Shown here in pieces: positions 26,469 to 37,771 of a stretch of DNA of 64,000 bases. A model generated the notes under the pieces. It was given only the letters and a program-made list of their open reading frames with translations, searched no databases and was not told the DNA's origin. Position 1 is the stretch's first letter; each line of letters opens with the position of its first letter. The DNA lies in assembly GCA_016618085.1 (NCBI GenBank), contig JABLTG010000027.1, forward strand, positions 62,001-126,000, given 5' to 3'. The position numbers and the translations under genes were made by a program. This stretch comes from Neovahlkampfia damariscottae (Eukaryota).

Positions 26469-27240
26469 ATGTTGTAAGAAAAAAAAAAGAATTTTATCGT
26501 TTCTTTTCTTAACAGGTCAAAGACTTTTAAAAAAGTGAGAGTAAAAAATGGTTCTTTACAAAAAAAAACAAGAACTATAAATTACTCACTTGTAAAAGAT
26601 AAAAACGAGTTAGCCGAAGTTATCAAATGTCCAAAGGATCAAAACTTAAATGAGTGGTTAGGTAAAACAATAAAATATTCAAACAACTTCAAAGCAATAA
26701 ATGTCGTTGACTTCATAAATGGTATTAACATGATTTATGGTGGTATAATAGAAGTTTGTACTGAAGAATCATGTCCAACTATGAAAGCAAAAGTTAGTCA
26801 TTCTGAAGAATTCAAATATATGTGGATGAATAAACACGATGAAGTTTATCAAAAACCAACTTCTGTTCCAGCACCAAAATATTTTGAATTATTAATGGAT
26901 TGGATTGAATCACAAATTAATGATGAAACTATATTCACCTTAGATCCAAACGAGTATCCAAAGAAATTTGAAAAAATAGTCAAAGATATTTTTAAAAGGT
27001 TATTTAGAATTTATGCGCATATTTACTCATTTCATTTTACTGATATAAAGAATCAAGGAAATGATCAAGCTTTGAATAGTAATTTCTCTCATTTGTAACT
27101 CATCATTTTCTTTTAAATTTTTTTTAAGTATGTATTTCGTGTTTGAATTTGATTTAATGAAAGAAAATGAATATGAAGTATTAAAAAGTCAAATTGTTTC
27201 AATTCTTGGTGATAGTTTTAAAAAGAAATTTAAAAAGTAA
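26469..27240 (+). CDS. MOB1: MOB1-family kinase activator (4 exons; the first coding exon is 5 nt)
   Basis: Motifs NLNEWLAINVVDFINGINMIYG, CTEESCPTM, APKYFELLMDW and IFKRLFRIYAHIY..HF. Confidence 0.92.
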
Positions 27241-27743
27241 AATTTTTATTTTCACATCTCGATAATTGGTTTTCAAGATTTGATGTTCTCTCATACATCG
27301 ATGAACAAACTCTGCTTGTTTTTGTTGATCATCTTTTTAATGATGACAGCTGATGTGACTGAAAAACTAATCAAACAATTGAAGAAAAGACTCAATAAAT
27401 TATTGACAGCTGTTAAGTTAAAATCAAATGTCTTGGAATCATAGTTATAGAAGCAGAAGTAGAAGGATTAGGAAATTGGTTGAATGACTTGGTAACTCAT
27501 AAGTAAAATTTTACCATTGATTAACCAACCACAAATGAATAAAATCTGTTAAATATCTTCTTCATCATCTAATTCAATAATATCTCCTTCTTCATCACTT
27601 TCATAAAGTTCTTCTTCTTTTTGGAATACAGGTGATTTTTTCATATTCCATCATTCAAAAAAAGAAAAAACAGAAACACAAGAAGATTTTCCAAAAGTCA
27701 CAGAAAAAGATTTTGATCAATAAATTTTAAACACAAAAATATA

Positions 27744-27817
27744 TACCCGACGTGGGGGTCGAACCCACGACCTATGGATTAGAAGTCCATCGCTCTGGCC
27801 AACTGAGCTAGACGGGC
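27744..27817 (-). tRNA. tRNA-Arg(UCU)
   Basis: GCCCGTC TA GCTC AGTTGGCCA GAGC G ATGGA CT-TCT-AA TCCAT AGGTC GTGGG TTCGACC CCCAC GTCGGGT A. Full cloverleaf with one U-U pair in the acceptor stem; T-run downstream. Confidence 0.93.
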
Positions 27818-27921
27818 TTCAGTTGAATTTCAACCATTTTCAACAATCCAAATTATAATCATTTTTTTAGTTTGGAGATCGTGAAATTTTTTGGTCGGAG
27901 AAAAAAAAAAAAAAAGAAATT

Positions 27922-28002
27922 CGCAGGTGACAGGATTCGAACCTGCGCGGGAAATCCCAACTGATTTCAAGTCAGTCGCCTTGACCGCTCGGCCACACCT
28001 GC
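27922..28002 (-). tRNA. tRNA-Ser(UGA), copy 1
   Basis: GCAGGTG...ACTGA CT-TGA-AA TCAGT, long variable arm GGGATTTCCC, GGTTCGAATCC, G73, followed by an oligo-T terminator. Confidence 0.95.
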
Positions 28003-28535
28003 TTTTGTTGACCTTTTCATCTAGGTACTGCAACCAAACACAATTTTTCACTGCGATGGTTTTTTGAGGTGATCTCACAAATTGCGGATATTGGACCTGA
28101 ATAAACATCCAAACAGTTTTTGGTACCATATTGTTTGAAACCAATAGAATTTTTTCTTCAAACATTGAAGTAAGACTTGAAATCCTTTCAAAACCCAGAA
28201 AAATATTGGATTTTCTAATCTTCATGAGATGAAAATTACTAAAACATCTGACCCAAAAATTGAATGAATGTATTTTCAAAACGATTTCCTTCGATAATCA
28301 ATAAACATTCATTCAATCTCTTTACAACTCTTTATCCACCACTTTTTCATTTTTTTTTCAAAACAAATCCAAAAACTATAAACCTTCAAACCTGTTGATT
28401 TGGTAGCCGCTGTAATTTTTATGTGGAAGTCAAGTGCATCATAGAATCATGTCTTGAAGCATTTTGGTATTGAAATACAATTCATATCAGTTTGATTTTA
28501 AGTTGAATTCTGACCAATCCTTTGAATTATAAAAA

Positions 28536-28886
28536 ATGAAGAATAATCAAACCACACTAAATGCGGAAGAAAATAAGAACAAAAAACAAAAGGAAGAATC
28601 ACAAGTGCTATACATTGTGAACGTACACTGTTGTGATAGCAATAGAATAGATAATTATCGCTATTTTTTGAGTGAAGCATCTGCTAAAAAAGTTTGGATC
28701 GAAACTATTCATGAATGGGAGGAATATATCAAAGAATATGCGATGTGCGAAAATTCAGATTATTCTGGTGATGAAAAAGAAAAAGATGAGAATGAATTTG
28801 ACATTAAAGTTTATTATGACAAACATTACATTGAAACCGGAGCAGAAGACTATTTGGAATTTTATGAAGATAAAGTAAAACTTTAA
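28536..28886 (+). CDS. Orphan acidic 116-aa protein inside the inverted repeat
   Basis: Intronless ORF with host-like codon use and a CCAAT at 28515. No family recognised. Confidence 0.55.
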   Translation: MKNNQTTLNAEENKNKKQKEESQVLYIVNVHCCDSNRIDNYRYFLSEASAKKVWIETIHEWEEYIKEYAMCENSDYSGDEKEKDENEFDIKVYYDKHYIETGAEDYLEFYEDKVKL

Positions 28887-29023
28887 TTCAAACAATATGG
28901 TACCAAAAACTGTTTGGATGTTTATTCAGGTCCAATATCCGCAATTTGTGAGATCACCTCAAAAAACCATCGCAGTGAAAAATTGTGTTTGGTTGCAGTA
29001 CCTAGATGAAAAGGTCAACAAAA

Positions 29024-29104
29024 GCAGGTGTGGCCGAGCGGTCAAGGCGACTGACTTGAAATCAGTTGGGATTTCCCGCGCAGGTTCGAATCCTGTCACC
29101 TGCG
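29024..29104 (+). tRNA. tRNA-Ser(UGA), copy 2
   Basis: Identical to copy 1; followed by a T7 terminator. Confidence 0.95.
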
Positions 29105-29277
29105 AATTTCTTTTTTTGAAATCAAGTATGCGGATCCAAATTTTTTTAAAATTGTTAATTGTGTTAACAAAATTTCGAACTATGTTGCACTGCAATAGTT
29201 TGATATTATGTAATATTTAATTCTCCGATCCAATCATTTTCATATTTTTTCGTTGTTGGAAGGTTTTGAAAACAACA

Positions 29278-30894
29278 ATGTCCGAACCACCTCCACCACC
29301 TTCAAGAGAAAGTACTATTGAAAAATTAACAGAAATATTCAAAACTGTAAAACTAACAGAAATCCTGGACGATGAAAAAATATTAAACCGAATCAACCAA
29401 ACGTCAACAGAATGGTATGAAGTTTTTTTGAAACAGTAAATTTTAATGGATTAAAACTTAATAAATAGTATCACTACCAAAGAAAAAATCAATGAACTTA
29501 TTTTGTTAGTTTTAACAGAAAACAACTTTAAAAAAGAAGACCAATGGAAGTATCCTCATTTGGCGACACAATTATTGTGTTCTTCATTTAGTTCACATGA
29601 AATTCTACCTTTGATTTTAAAAAATCACTTGGATGTATTTTTCATGTTTTTAAATGGAAAATCAAATGAAATGAAACCATTGGATGCCCATAATATTTGT
29701 AATTTAGGATTTTTAAGAATTTTATTTGAAATTATTAAATCTGATGAAGATATGGTCTTACAAGATTATTTTTATTCAAATAATGGTTTGATTCTTATTA
29801 ACATGATGGAGTTTATTTATTATCCAGAAATTGAAGATTTCTATGCGAATATTTTTAATTTTGGTGATTTAGAAGATGAATTGGTTTCTAAAGTAAATGA
29901 AAAGTTGATGGATAAATTGATAAATATGATGTTAACTCGGCAATGTGATCATGCTGTAAATTTATTAGATTTAGCTTTAGATAATGATTATTATTATGAT
30001 TACATTTTGAATGAAAAAAAGTTTAGTGGTATATTCAATGATTTTTTGAATTGTGTAAAAAATTGATAGATTTTAATTTTTCAAAGAATGACAATTCTGG
30101 TTTTCAATCAACTTTGAAATTTTTTAAAATCATTTTTTCTGATTATGAAAGTTCAGATGCTGCATATTTTATTATGAAAAATTTTGATAAATTAGTGGAT
30201 TATCTTAAAAAAGGATCTGTAAAATTTTTAATTTTTAATTCAAATCATGTCAGGGTGGTAGTTTATTGGTTCATGCAAATAATTTAGAAGGTGAATTAAT
30301 GGAAAATCCATTGAACCAAAAAAGATTATCACTTGTTTGTTGGATGTTTGATATGACTGGGTTATACATGGACTCTGATAATTTTGATATTTTACAGATT
30401 CTTTTCGAAACCAATACATTTGAAACTTTAATTGTAAGTTGATATCAAGAGAAGGCATTAATTTTTTTTCAGGAATTATTTTTTGAATATCATCATAACA
30501 ATATATATCATGCATTATTTATTGAATTTTTCATGGCAATTTGGAATCCAAGCAGTATGCAACTGGTAAATCAAGTAAGAATATTTTTTTTTGACCAATG
30601 AAGATTTTCGATGGTCCTTTGATTCCTATGATATTTAAAACATGGAAAAATAATAATTATTGTGAGATTCAACATCATTTACAACAACTTATCAACATAA
30701 TCAATTCCTTTTCCTTCTATCCTGAAATATCAAATCGAATTAAATGCTTGGACGAAAAATGGATTGAAATTACAAACGATACAAAACAACAAGAGTTAAT
30801 GTTAAAAGAGACTCAATTTAATGGTGACAAAGTAAAAAATGTAGTTAATTCACTTGAAGATAAAATATCAAAATTAAAAGAAGAAAATATTTAG
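29278..30894 (+). CDS. SAPS/SIT4-associated (PP6 regulatory subunit-like) protein, divergent
   Basis: KYPHLATQLLCS, NPLNQKRLSLV and ELFFEYHHNNIYH parallel the SAPS motifs (KYPxxAxE, PLGxxRL, FFxYxWNNFLH). 5 short introns. Confidence 0.7.
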
Positions 30895-32182
30895 AGTAAA
30901 GATTTTGCTAATTCACAAACACTTTCAATTGAATCAAATTTTTTGATGAGTAACTCTCTTCCAAATTTCAATTGTCTTCTTTCACATTGTGCACGAATTG
31001 TTTCATCTTTAATTGCAAGCATATCAGCATTACTTGCAATTCCATGAACTCTTCTGATTATAGCCAAAGATGCGTAACCAATAGTGTCATCAAACAAATT
31101 TTTGAAATAATCATTTTGAATTAAAGTTAATAATTCTTTGTCATTTTGAATCATTTCATCCAAATACAAATCTCCTTTATGTTCTGTTTCCCATAATTTT
31201 AAGAATTTACATTTGAAATCATTCCAAACTGTTGTAATTGTATTTAAGATCCATTTTTGCATATCTTTTCTATCATCTTCTGATGTAGCAAGTCCTGTTT
31301 GTGAAAAGAAAGAAATAAACAAATGAGCTATAAATAAACCTAAATCGAATCCCATTGGACCATAAACACAAAATTCTCCATCAATAATAGCTGTTCTTTC
31401 TTGATTAACCATTATTGATCCTGTATGTAAATCTCCATGAACTAAACATTGTTGATAGGATCTGAATTTATCTAATAATTTAAGTGAAGCAAATTTCATT
31501 TGTTTGTCAGCTTGTACTTCTTTTACAATGTCATCGAGACCATTGGTCCATGAATTGTTATTGTGTGTGTAAAAAGGTTGTTGAAAAACAACTTCTTGTG
31601 TTAAGTGGCATAAATCATGATTTCCAGAAAAATAACCTGCTTTTTTCATAATTTCTTCTTGTTTTAAATATAAACCTGATGTTTTGAATAACATTTGAGA
31701 GTAATAATCTGACATTTGTTCTGATAATTTTGGGAACTTAATTCCTTTTATCAACTCTGAAAATGGTTGTGTTAAATTTTGTTGTTTTTTTTACCGTATT
31801 TTAAATTTTTTGTATTTTTTAAATTTTCCATACAAATTATCTTTTTTTCTTCATCAAAATAATATAACTCTGGAATTGAACCTTTTGGAGCATGTTCACA
31901 TTTTAAGAATTCAGATTCATACTTTCCTCTAATCGGATCAAGTGACCAAGATTCACCAACAACTCGAACATAAGGTGGAGCCCATTTGATTACTAAACTA
32001 TTTCTTTCTCCTTCTATGAAATAAATATAGTTTAAATTTCCCACTCCATCTATTAGTTCTTTTATCACCCATTTTGATGGATCATCACCAAGTAATTTTT
32101 TAAAATCATAATCTGTTTTCGATTTCAAGTGAGCTATTAATTTCTCTTTCACGTTTTTTGCATTCCAAACCTCCTCTTCCAT
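30891..32182 (-). CDS. mtnK: S-methyl-5-thioribose kinase (methionine salvage)
   Basis: Motifs GVGNLNYIYF, VIKWAPPYVRVVGESWSL, LVHGDLHTGSIMV, IIDGEFCVYGPMGFDLG and IIRRVHGIA. One intron at about 31757-31794. Confidence 0.92.
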
Positions 32183-32353
32183 TGTTGTTTTGTGTATTAT
32201 TCCGATGAATTTTAATTGGTTCCGATCATTAGCCAATCATTTGTCAAACTAGGTCAAACAAAAAGGCTCAGATATTCATGACATTTGTAATTCAGCAAAT
32301 CTATTTAATCATAAGGATATAATTTTATTTTTCAATTTGATCTGGAATCATCC

Positions 32354-34080
32354 TTAAATTGAGTGTGTTTCTTGTGAATTGAAATGGAGTTTGATAATCA
32401 CCATTGTGACACTCAAAACTAATGCAAAATGAGCTGGCATCCAAGCCAACACAGTTAAATATGGTACAAATACCAAAAAATATCCCAAACTGAGCTCCAA
32501 ACCATCAGAAATCAAACCAACTAAAACAAATGATGCAACTGTTGAAAAATAGAATATCAATAAGAGTATCGTGATATTGAAAGCAATGCAAAAAAATATC
32601 AATAAAAACGTTTCATAATTCCTATTATCATGACTATTTCTTCCATAAAATCCTGATCCAGAAGAAAATCGATGAGAAATGATACTTAAAAATTTTGATA
32701 CAATAAATTCCCCAAGAGTAACATGATCCTTATAGTTCTTTCCAACATATGTGTATTGAATAGTGAACATATTAAAAAAAATAGATAAAAAGAACAATGA
32801 GAATAATTCCTGTTAAATAAGGAAGAATAAAAACTACTGACCAATAGATCATTGGAAAGTATCCATCAAATTTCAATGAAACGAATAAAACGGATGTTGA
32901 ATAAAAAATGAATAATAAAATGGTCAACATGTTCAAACAAATCATTTCAATCAATAAAAATACCTTAGTGTATTTTCTCAATTGTGCATTCCATATTTTT
33001 CTTACAATTTTGATTGAAGCAACAACAAATATAATCAAATCCATCAGTGAATATATTATAACTGGAATTAGATAAACCGTGATATATTTGATTGAATCTA
33101 TAGCTAATAATATTGAAATAACCCAAATCAATATTGGAATACTATTAAATAAGGATACAAAGATATCATAGTTATTATTCTGATATTTTTTCAATTTTGT
33201 TTGCCCGTTTTTTTCAATTTAGACGTTTATTTTTAGTTTAAATCCTATATTTTCCTTTCACCTTGCTGTGAAACATATTGAATCACCACAATAAACAATC
33301 AAATGCAACAAGATTATTATTTTTTTTGGATTAAAATTAGAAAAAAGCGAAATGGTGAAATGAAGAACAATGTGGAACGTAGTGACCTATATAATAGGCG
33401 AGACAATATACTTTACTGCTTCAAATATACTTTAAATATACATGACTGTTCTTTTGTTTCTTTCCTCAATCTCTTCATAGTTATTCTGATAATTTTTCAA
33501 TTTTGTTAATCCCATCCAAAACAACTCCAACTCCTTCAATAACTGCATCTACTAATAATCCTCTACTGACTCTCCTTTTATCTTTTGTTTTTACAACTTT
33601 CCAACCATATATTCTGTATTCTAGTTTATGTTTAATTCCAAATGTTGCTCCAATATGCTGATGATACTCATTCTTTTCTAAATAAAAATAAACAAAATTT
33701 GTGGCATGATGTAATAATTCATGTGATATTGTAAAATCTTCAATTTTTGCTTGATGTTCCAATAACTCTTTTGGATAATATTTACAATAAATTTTGAACA
33801 TTTCAATTCTTTCTTCTTTAGTTATTTCATGCCAATTCGAAAAATTCTTCAATTTCAAACGGTATTTTAAAAGTTCCTTTTCAAATGGATCACCATTTTT
33901 TTCAATGTTGTAAACAAAATAATTGTACTTTTTGTCTTTTGGAAAATTGTTTAATTTTGTCTTCCAATAACATTCACTTGTGCTGGCTTCAAAGAAAGTT
34001 GTGGAAATTAACATTGTTATTTTTGTATCTATAGGTTCTAAAAATGATACAATCACACTTGTAACATCAATGTTAAGCAT
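32354..34080 (-). pseudogene. F-box-like N-terminal ORF followed by disrupted multi-pass membrane protein fragments (probable decaying gene)
   Basis: 33481-34080 starts with F-box-like LNIDVTSVIVSFL...YWK. Hydrophobic ORFs 32772-33194 and 32354-32797 overlap out of frame at a T-run. Stops lie in between and I found no clean introns. Confidence 0.45.
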
Positions 34081-34116
34081 CAGGAGGTTTTGAAAGATGA
34101 TTGGTTGAAAGAATTT

Positions 34117-36266
34117 TTAATAAAATAATTGATTTTGAAGGATTTTTTCAGCTTCTTCAAAGTGTTCTTTTTTTATAACTGAAGAAGATAGATCTTCTCT
34201 CAAAGAAACCATTGCACTTTCTCGACATAAATTTTCTATTTGAGAAATTGTCCAACCTTTAGTTGTTTCAATCAATCTTTCAATATCAATTGAAGGATCA
34301 ATTGGCATTGTTTTCATTTTGTATTCAAAAATATCTGACCTTGACTTTTCATTGGGCAATTTTAATTCAATGTGATGATCAATTCTTCCAGGTCGAAGAA
34401 CAGCAACATCTAATAAATCTATTCTACTAGTTGCTGCTAAAATAATTAATTGATCAGATGAAGAACTTGAAATTCCATCCATTTCAATCAACAGAGTACT
34501 CAACATTCGGTCACTTGAGTGTGATTCAGACGAATCATTTCCTCTTTTTCTTGCAATTGCTTCAAATTGATCGAAAAATAAAACACATGGAGAGCAAGAC
34601 CTTGCTTTTTGAAATAATTTGGATATTGACTTTGATGATTCTCCAACATATTTTGAAATCAATTCTGTACATTCAACTGCAACAAAATTAGCATTGATTT
34701 CATTGGCAATAGCTCTCGCAATTGATGTTTTTCCAACTCCTGATTTTCCGTACAATAAAATTCCCTTTGGTGGTGATAAATTCAATTTTTTATATTTCTC
34801 TGAAAAAATCAACGGATCCAATAATGCAATCTTCAAAATAATTTTTAATTTTCAATTTTTAATATCACCTTAATTTTTTCTTTTATCTCTTCAATTCCAA
34901 CTAGATTTGAAAAGTTTGATTCAAAATTTTGTTTCTTTTGATTGATTATTGATGAATTGACTGTTTTTAAAGATTCCTCAAAACAATCAAAATCAAATTT
35001 TTTGTTTTGATTTAAAGAAAGAAATAATGAATTTCTAATCAATTTAATAATATCTGCAGCTACAAAACCTTGTGTTTTTTCAGTTAAAACTTGGATCAAT
35101 GTTTCGAATTCATCAAATTGAGTTGTCTTTAATAATTTAGTAATAATGGATTTTCTGCTCTCAGGAGTAGGTACAGTAACTTCAAATTCTCTTTCAAATC
35201 TTCCAATTCTTCTTAAATTAATATCAACTAAATTAACATCACTAGTTATTCCAATCACAAAAACAAAAGAATCAGAATCATTTGAAAGTTGATCCAATAA
35301 GTAACAAAACTCAGATAAAACTAATTTTTCTAATTTCGTTTCTTTTGTTGATGCAATTATTTCTAAATGGTCAATAATCAAAATTGAATTTTTTTTTGAT
35401 TTTGCTTGGTTGAATTTTTCTTGAAGATATTTTTCTGATTCTCCAAATTGAGATTGGTAGACTTGAGTACCATCAAATTGAATGACTTCATTAAAATTTG
35501 AATATCTTGATATCAAATTAACAAGTTTCGTTTTTCCAGTGCCAGAAATTCCATGAACTAAAATTCCATTGGTTCTTGATTTTTTTGAATTAATTTTTTG
35601 AGAAATATGAATGGTGTTAATAATTTCTTTGACTAAACTATCATATCCTGGAAAATCTTCTTGAACAGAAGAAATCCAATTTTCTAAATTATCATTCATT
35701 GAATTCTCTTCAATCATTGAAATTTGAACATCTGAATATTCACTCAATTGATAAACAAAACCATTTTCATTATCATCATTGATTTTTTCAACTTCAAAAA
35801 AAACTTGAAATTCAAAAATGAATGTTGAAATAATTTGTTTTTTCATTATCAAAATTTCTTCAATTTTTAACATTTCCAATGCTTGTTCAATATACAAATC
35901 ATCTAATTTTTCATGTTTCAAATATTTTAAAGTAACTTTTGAAGCATTCAATATTTTATCCACCTTTAAAAAAATAAAAAAATATAAATAAAAAACTACT
36001 TTTGATAATTGTATTTTGTAAATTGTTTTGATTTTTTTTATGCTCAAATTTCTTGAAAGTAACTTTGAAATGGTGACTTCTTTTTTGTAATCAATTTTTG
36101 TAATTGTCCCAAAATTTTCAAATTTTATCCAATAGAACTGACCAACTCTAATGTTATTTTTCTTCAATATTTCTTTATTTAAATATAATATATTTTGAGG
36201 AGAACCAAATTTTCCAGAACTTGTTTCATCTTCAATTTTATTAACTTCGATTTCCAATTCGTCCAT
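34117..36266 (-). CDS. Double-ring AAA+ ATPase of the CDC48/AFG2 (SPATA5L1-like) group
   Basis: Walker A motifs GISGTGKT and GKSGVGKT, degenerate Walker B motifs (IIDHLE, FFDQFE), arginine fingers RRIGRFE and LRPGRID. Introns 35964-35999 and about 34831-34868. Confidence 0.85.
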
Positions 36267-36279
36267 TTTCAACGAACGA

Positions 36280-37104
36280 ATGACAGACGAGGAAAAAATT
36301 GTCTCCATTGTTGATAAACCAAAACTCAATATAGATGAATTCATAGGATTAACAGGTGTCAAAAAAGGAAGAGTTCTATTCAATTTTGAAGCAATTGGAA
36401 AAAACGAAATTAGTGTAAAAGGTACAAAAAATCCAAATGTTGTTTTTTAACTTTTTTTTTTTCATCAGAGGATGATGTTATAGATATCATAGAAGATTTA
36501 GAAGGAAAAGATTCTGGTTGGACTTTGATTATGTTGCAAAATAAAAAAGGAATTATTCCAACAAAGTACTATCAAATTTTAACACAACTTTTTTCACCAC
36601 GTTCACCAAGAATTTCAGAAAATTGTTGGAAGTTTAGAATTAAATTAGTTAGAATTGAATATTTGTCTGGAAAGTCAACAGGCCCGATTCTTTTGACTTG
36701 GACAACAAAAAGAAAAATGGGTTCTTCGGGTAGTTTTCAAATAGAGGTAAGAATAAAAAAATACTGAGTATTAGGATAAACAAAAATTACTTCCTATTTA
36801 TAAAAGTTATGATATTGTTGAACAATTTATGTTGGATTCAAGTTCAACTGATCCGGAAAATAAATTCAAACCAAAATATGTTCGTCTTTTCATTAGAGAT
36901 GTAAGTATTTATGATTTGTATTTTAAATTATATTTTGAATAGGATGATAAAGATTTTGAACTTGAAAGAGTTTTAATGAATGATTTAATCAGTTCCGAAA
37001 AAAAAAAAAATTCAGAGATCACTGTAAAATGTAACTGGAGAGAAGAACATCCAAATGCTAAACTTGTTCTTCAATTTACTACAAATCCAACAGAAAGTTG
37101 GTAA
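36280..37104 (+). CDS. SH3 domain plus NT-C2-like domain protein (4 exons)
   Basis: Spliced SH3 RVLFNFEA..NEISVKEDDVIDII...GWT...KKGIIPTKY, then WKFRIKLVRI...LLTW..K...KFKPKYVRL, which resembles NT-C2. Confidence 0.72.
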
Positions 37105-37191
37105 AACTTAAATTTTAAATAAAAAACTCAACATTTGTAAAAAAAAAAGTGACAGTTTCACATTTTGTTTAAAAAAAAAAACACTTGTTTA

Positions 37192-37476
37192 TTAACCTTT
37201 GATGAGAGCGATGACAATAGCAATACATGTTATGTATGACCAAATAATTCCAATGCCAAAAGGAACCAAACAGAGCTGAACTATTCCAATAATTAGATAT
37301 TTAATTCCAAGTGCTTTAGTTGTTGGAATTTTACTTGTAAACATCATGATTCCTCCTAAAAGTGTACCAAATCCTGGAAAAAAGAGATTACAAACTAAAC
37401 AAATGACTTTGTTCACTTTTGAGATCATAGGAACAGCGAGAACAATTTTTACAATATCGTTAGTACTTGGAGCCAT
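37192..37476 (-). CDS. Small Spec3/stum-like membrane protein
   Basis: ICLVCNLFFPGFGTLLGG...GIVQL...GIIWS pattern of the Spec3/stum family. Confidence 0.75.
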   Translation of the reverse strand: MAPSTNDIVKIVLAVPMISKVNKVICLVCNLFFPGFGTLLGGIMMFTSKIPTTKALGIKYLIIGIVQLCLVPFGIGIIWSYITCIAIVIALIKG

Positions 37477-37771
37477 GTGTTATAACTTATAGAATTTTTT
37501 CAAACAAAAATATTAACCAATCTTCTTTCAAGTTTCTTTTTATCCGAGATTTTCAAGCAATTTTGGAGATTTGTATCACCAAATTCTAAAAATGTCAATA
37601 AATTAGGAAACAAAGTGCACCAAACCAAAAAATTTAAAACAGAAAAGAAAAAAAAATCTGACAGAGAGGAAAACAATACATTGATCTCATTGTCCAGGAA
37701 ACTCTTAGTTTTGGAATGTTTAATCCATAAAATTAAATACTGTTCAATTCCGAACCAAGAACTTGAGTGAC

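Larger units (their letters stand above)
27909..29117. repeat. Perfect 231-bp inverted repeat: arms 27909-28139 and 28887-29117, 747-bp spacer
   Basis: Base-by-base reverse-complement identity over tRNA-Ser, 137 bp of its 5' flank and the terminator. Confidence 0.95.

Noticed and set aside
27549..27644. Tiny acidic minus-strand ORF MKKSPVFQKEEELYESDEEGDIIELDDEEDI*
   Set aside because: It looks coding but is only 31 aa, with no supportable upstream exon or family.
27744..27817. tRNA-Arg body resembling tRNA-Lys (possible anticodon shift)
   Set aside because: It is a normal cloverleaf with a clear UCU loop, and the similarity is within ordinary variation among protist tRNAs.
28991..29017. Resemblance of GGTTGCAGTACCTAGATG to the 5S rRNA internal control region
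   Set aside because: The rest of 5S rRNA is absent and the tRNA starts where its 3' part would be.
27830..29220. ORFs 27830-28279, 28897-29220 and 28959-29195; the first two share an identical peptide
   Set aside because: They read through the tRNA-Ser genes, and the identity simply reflects the inverted repeat.
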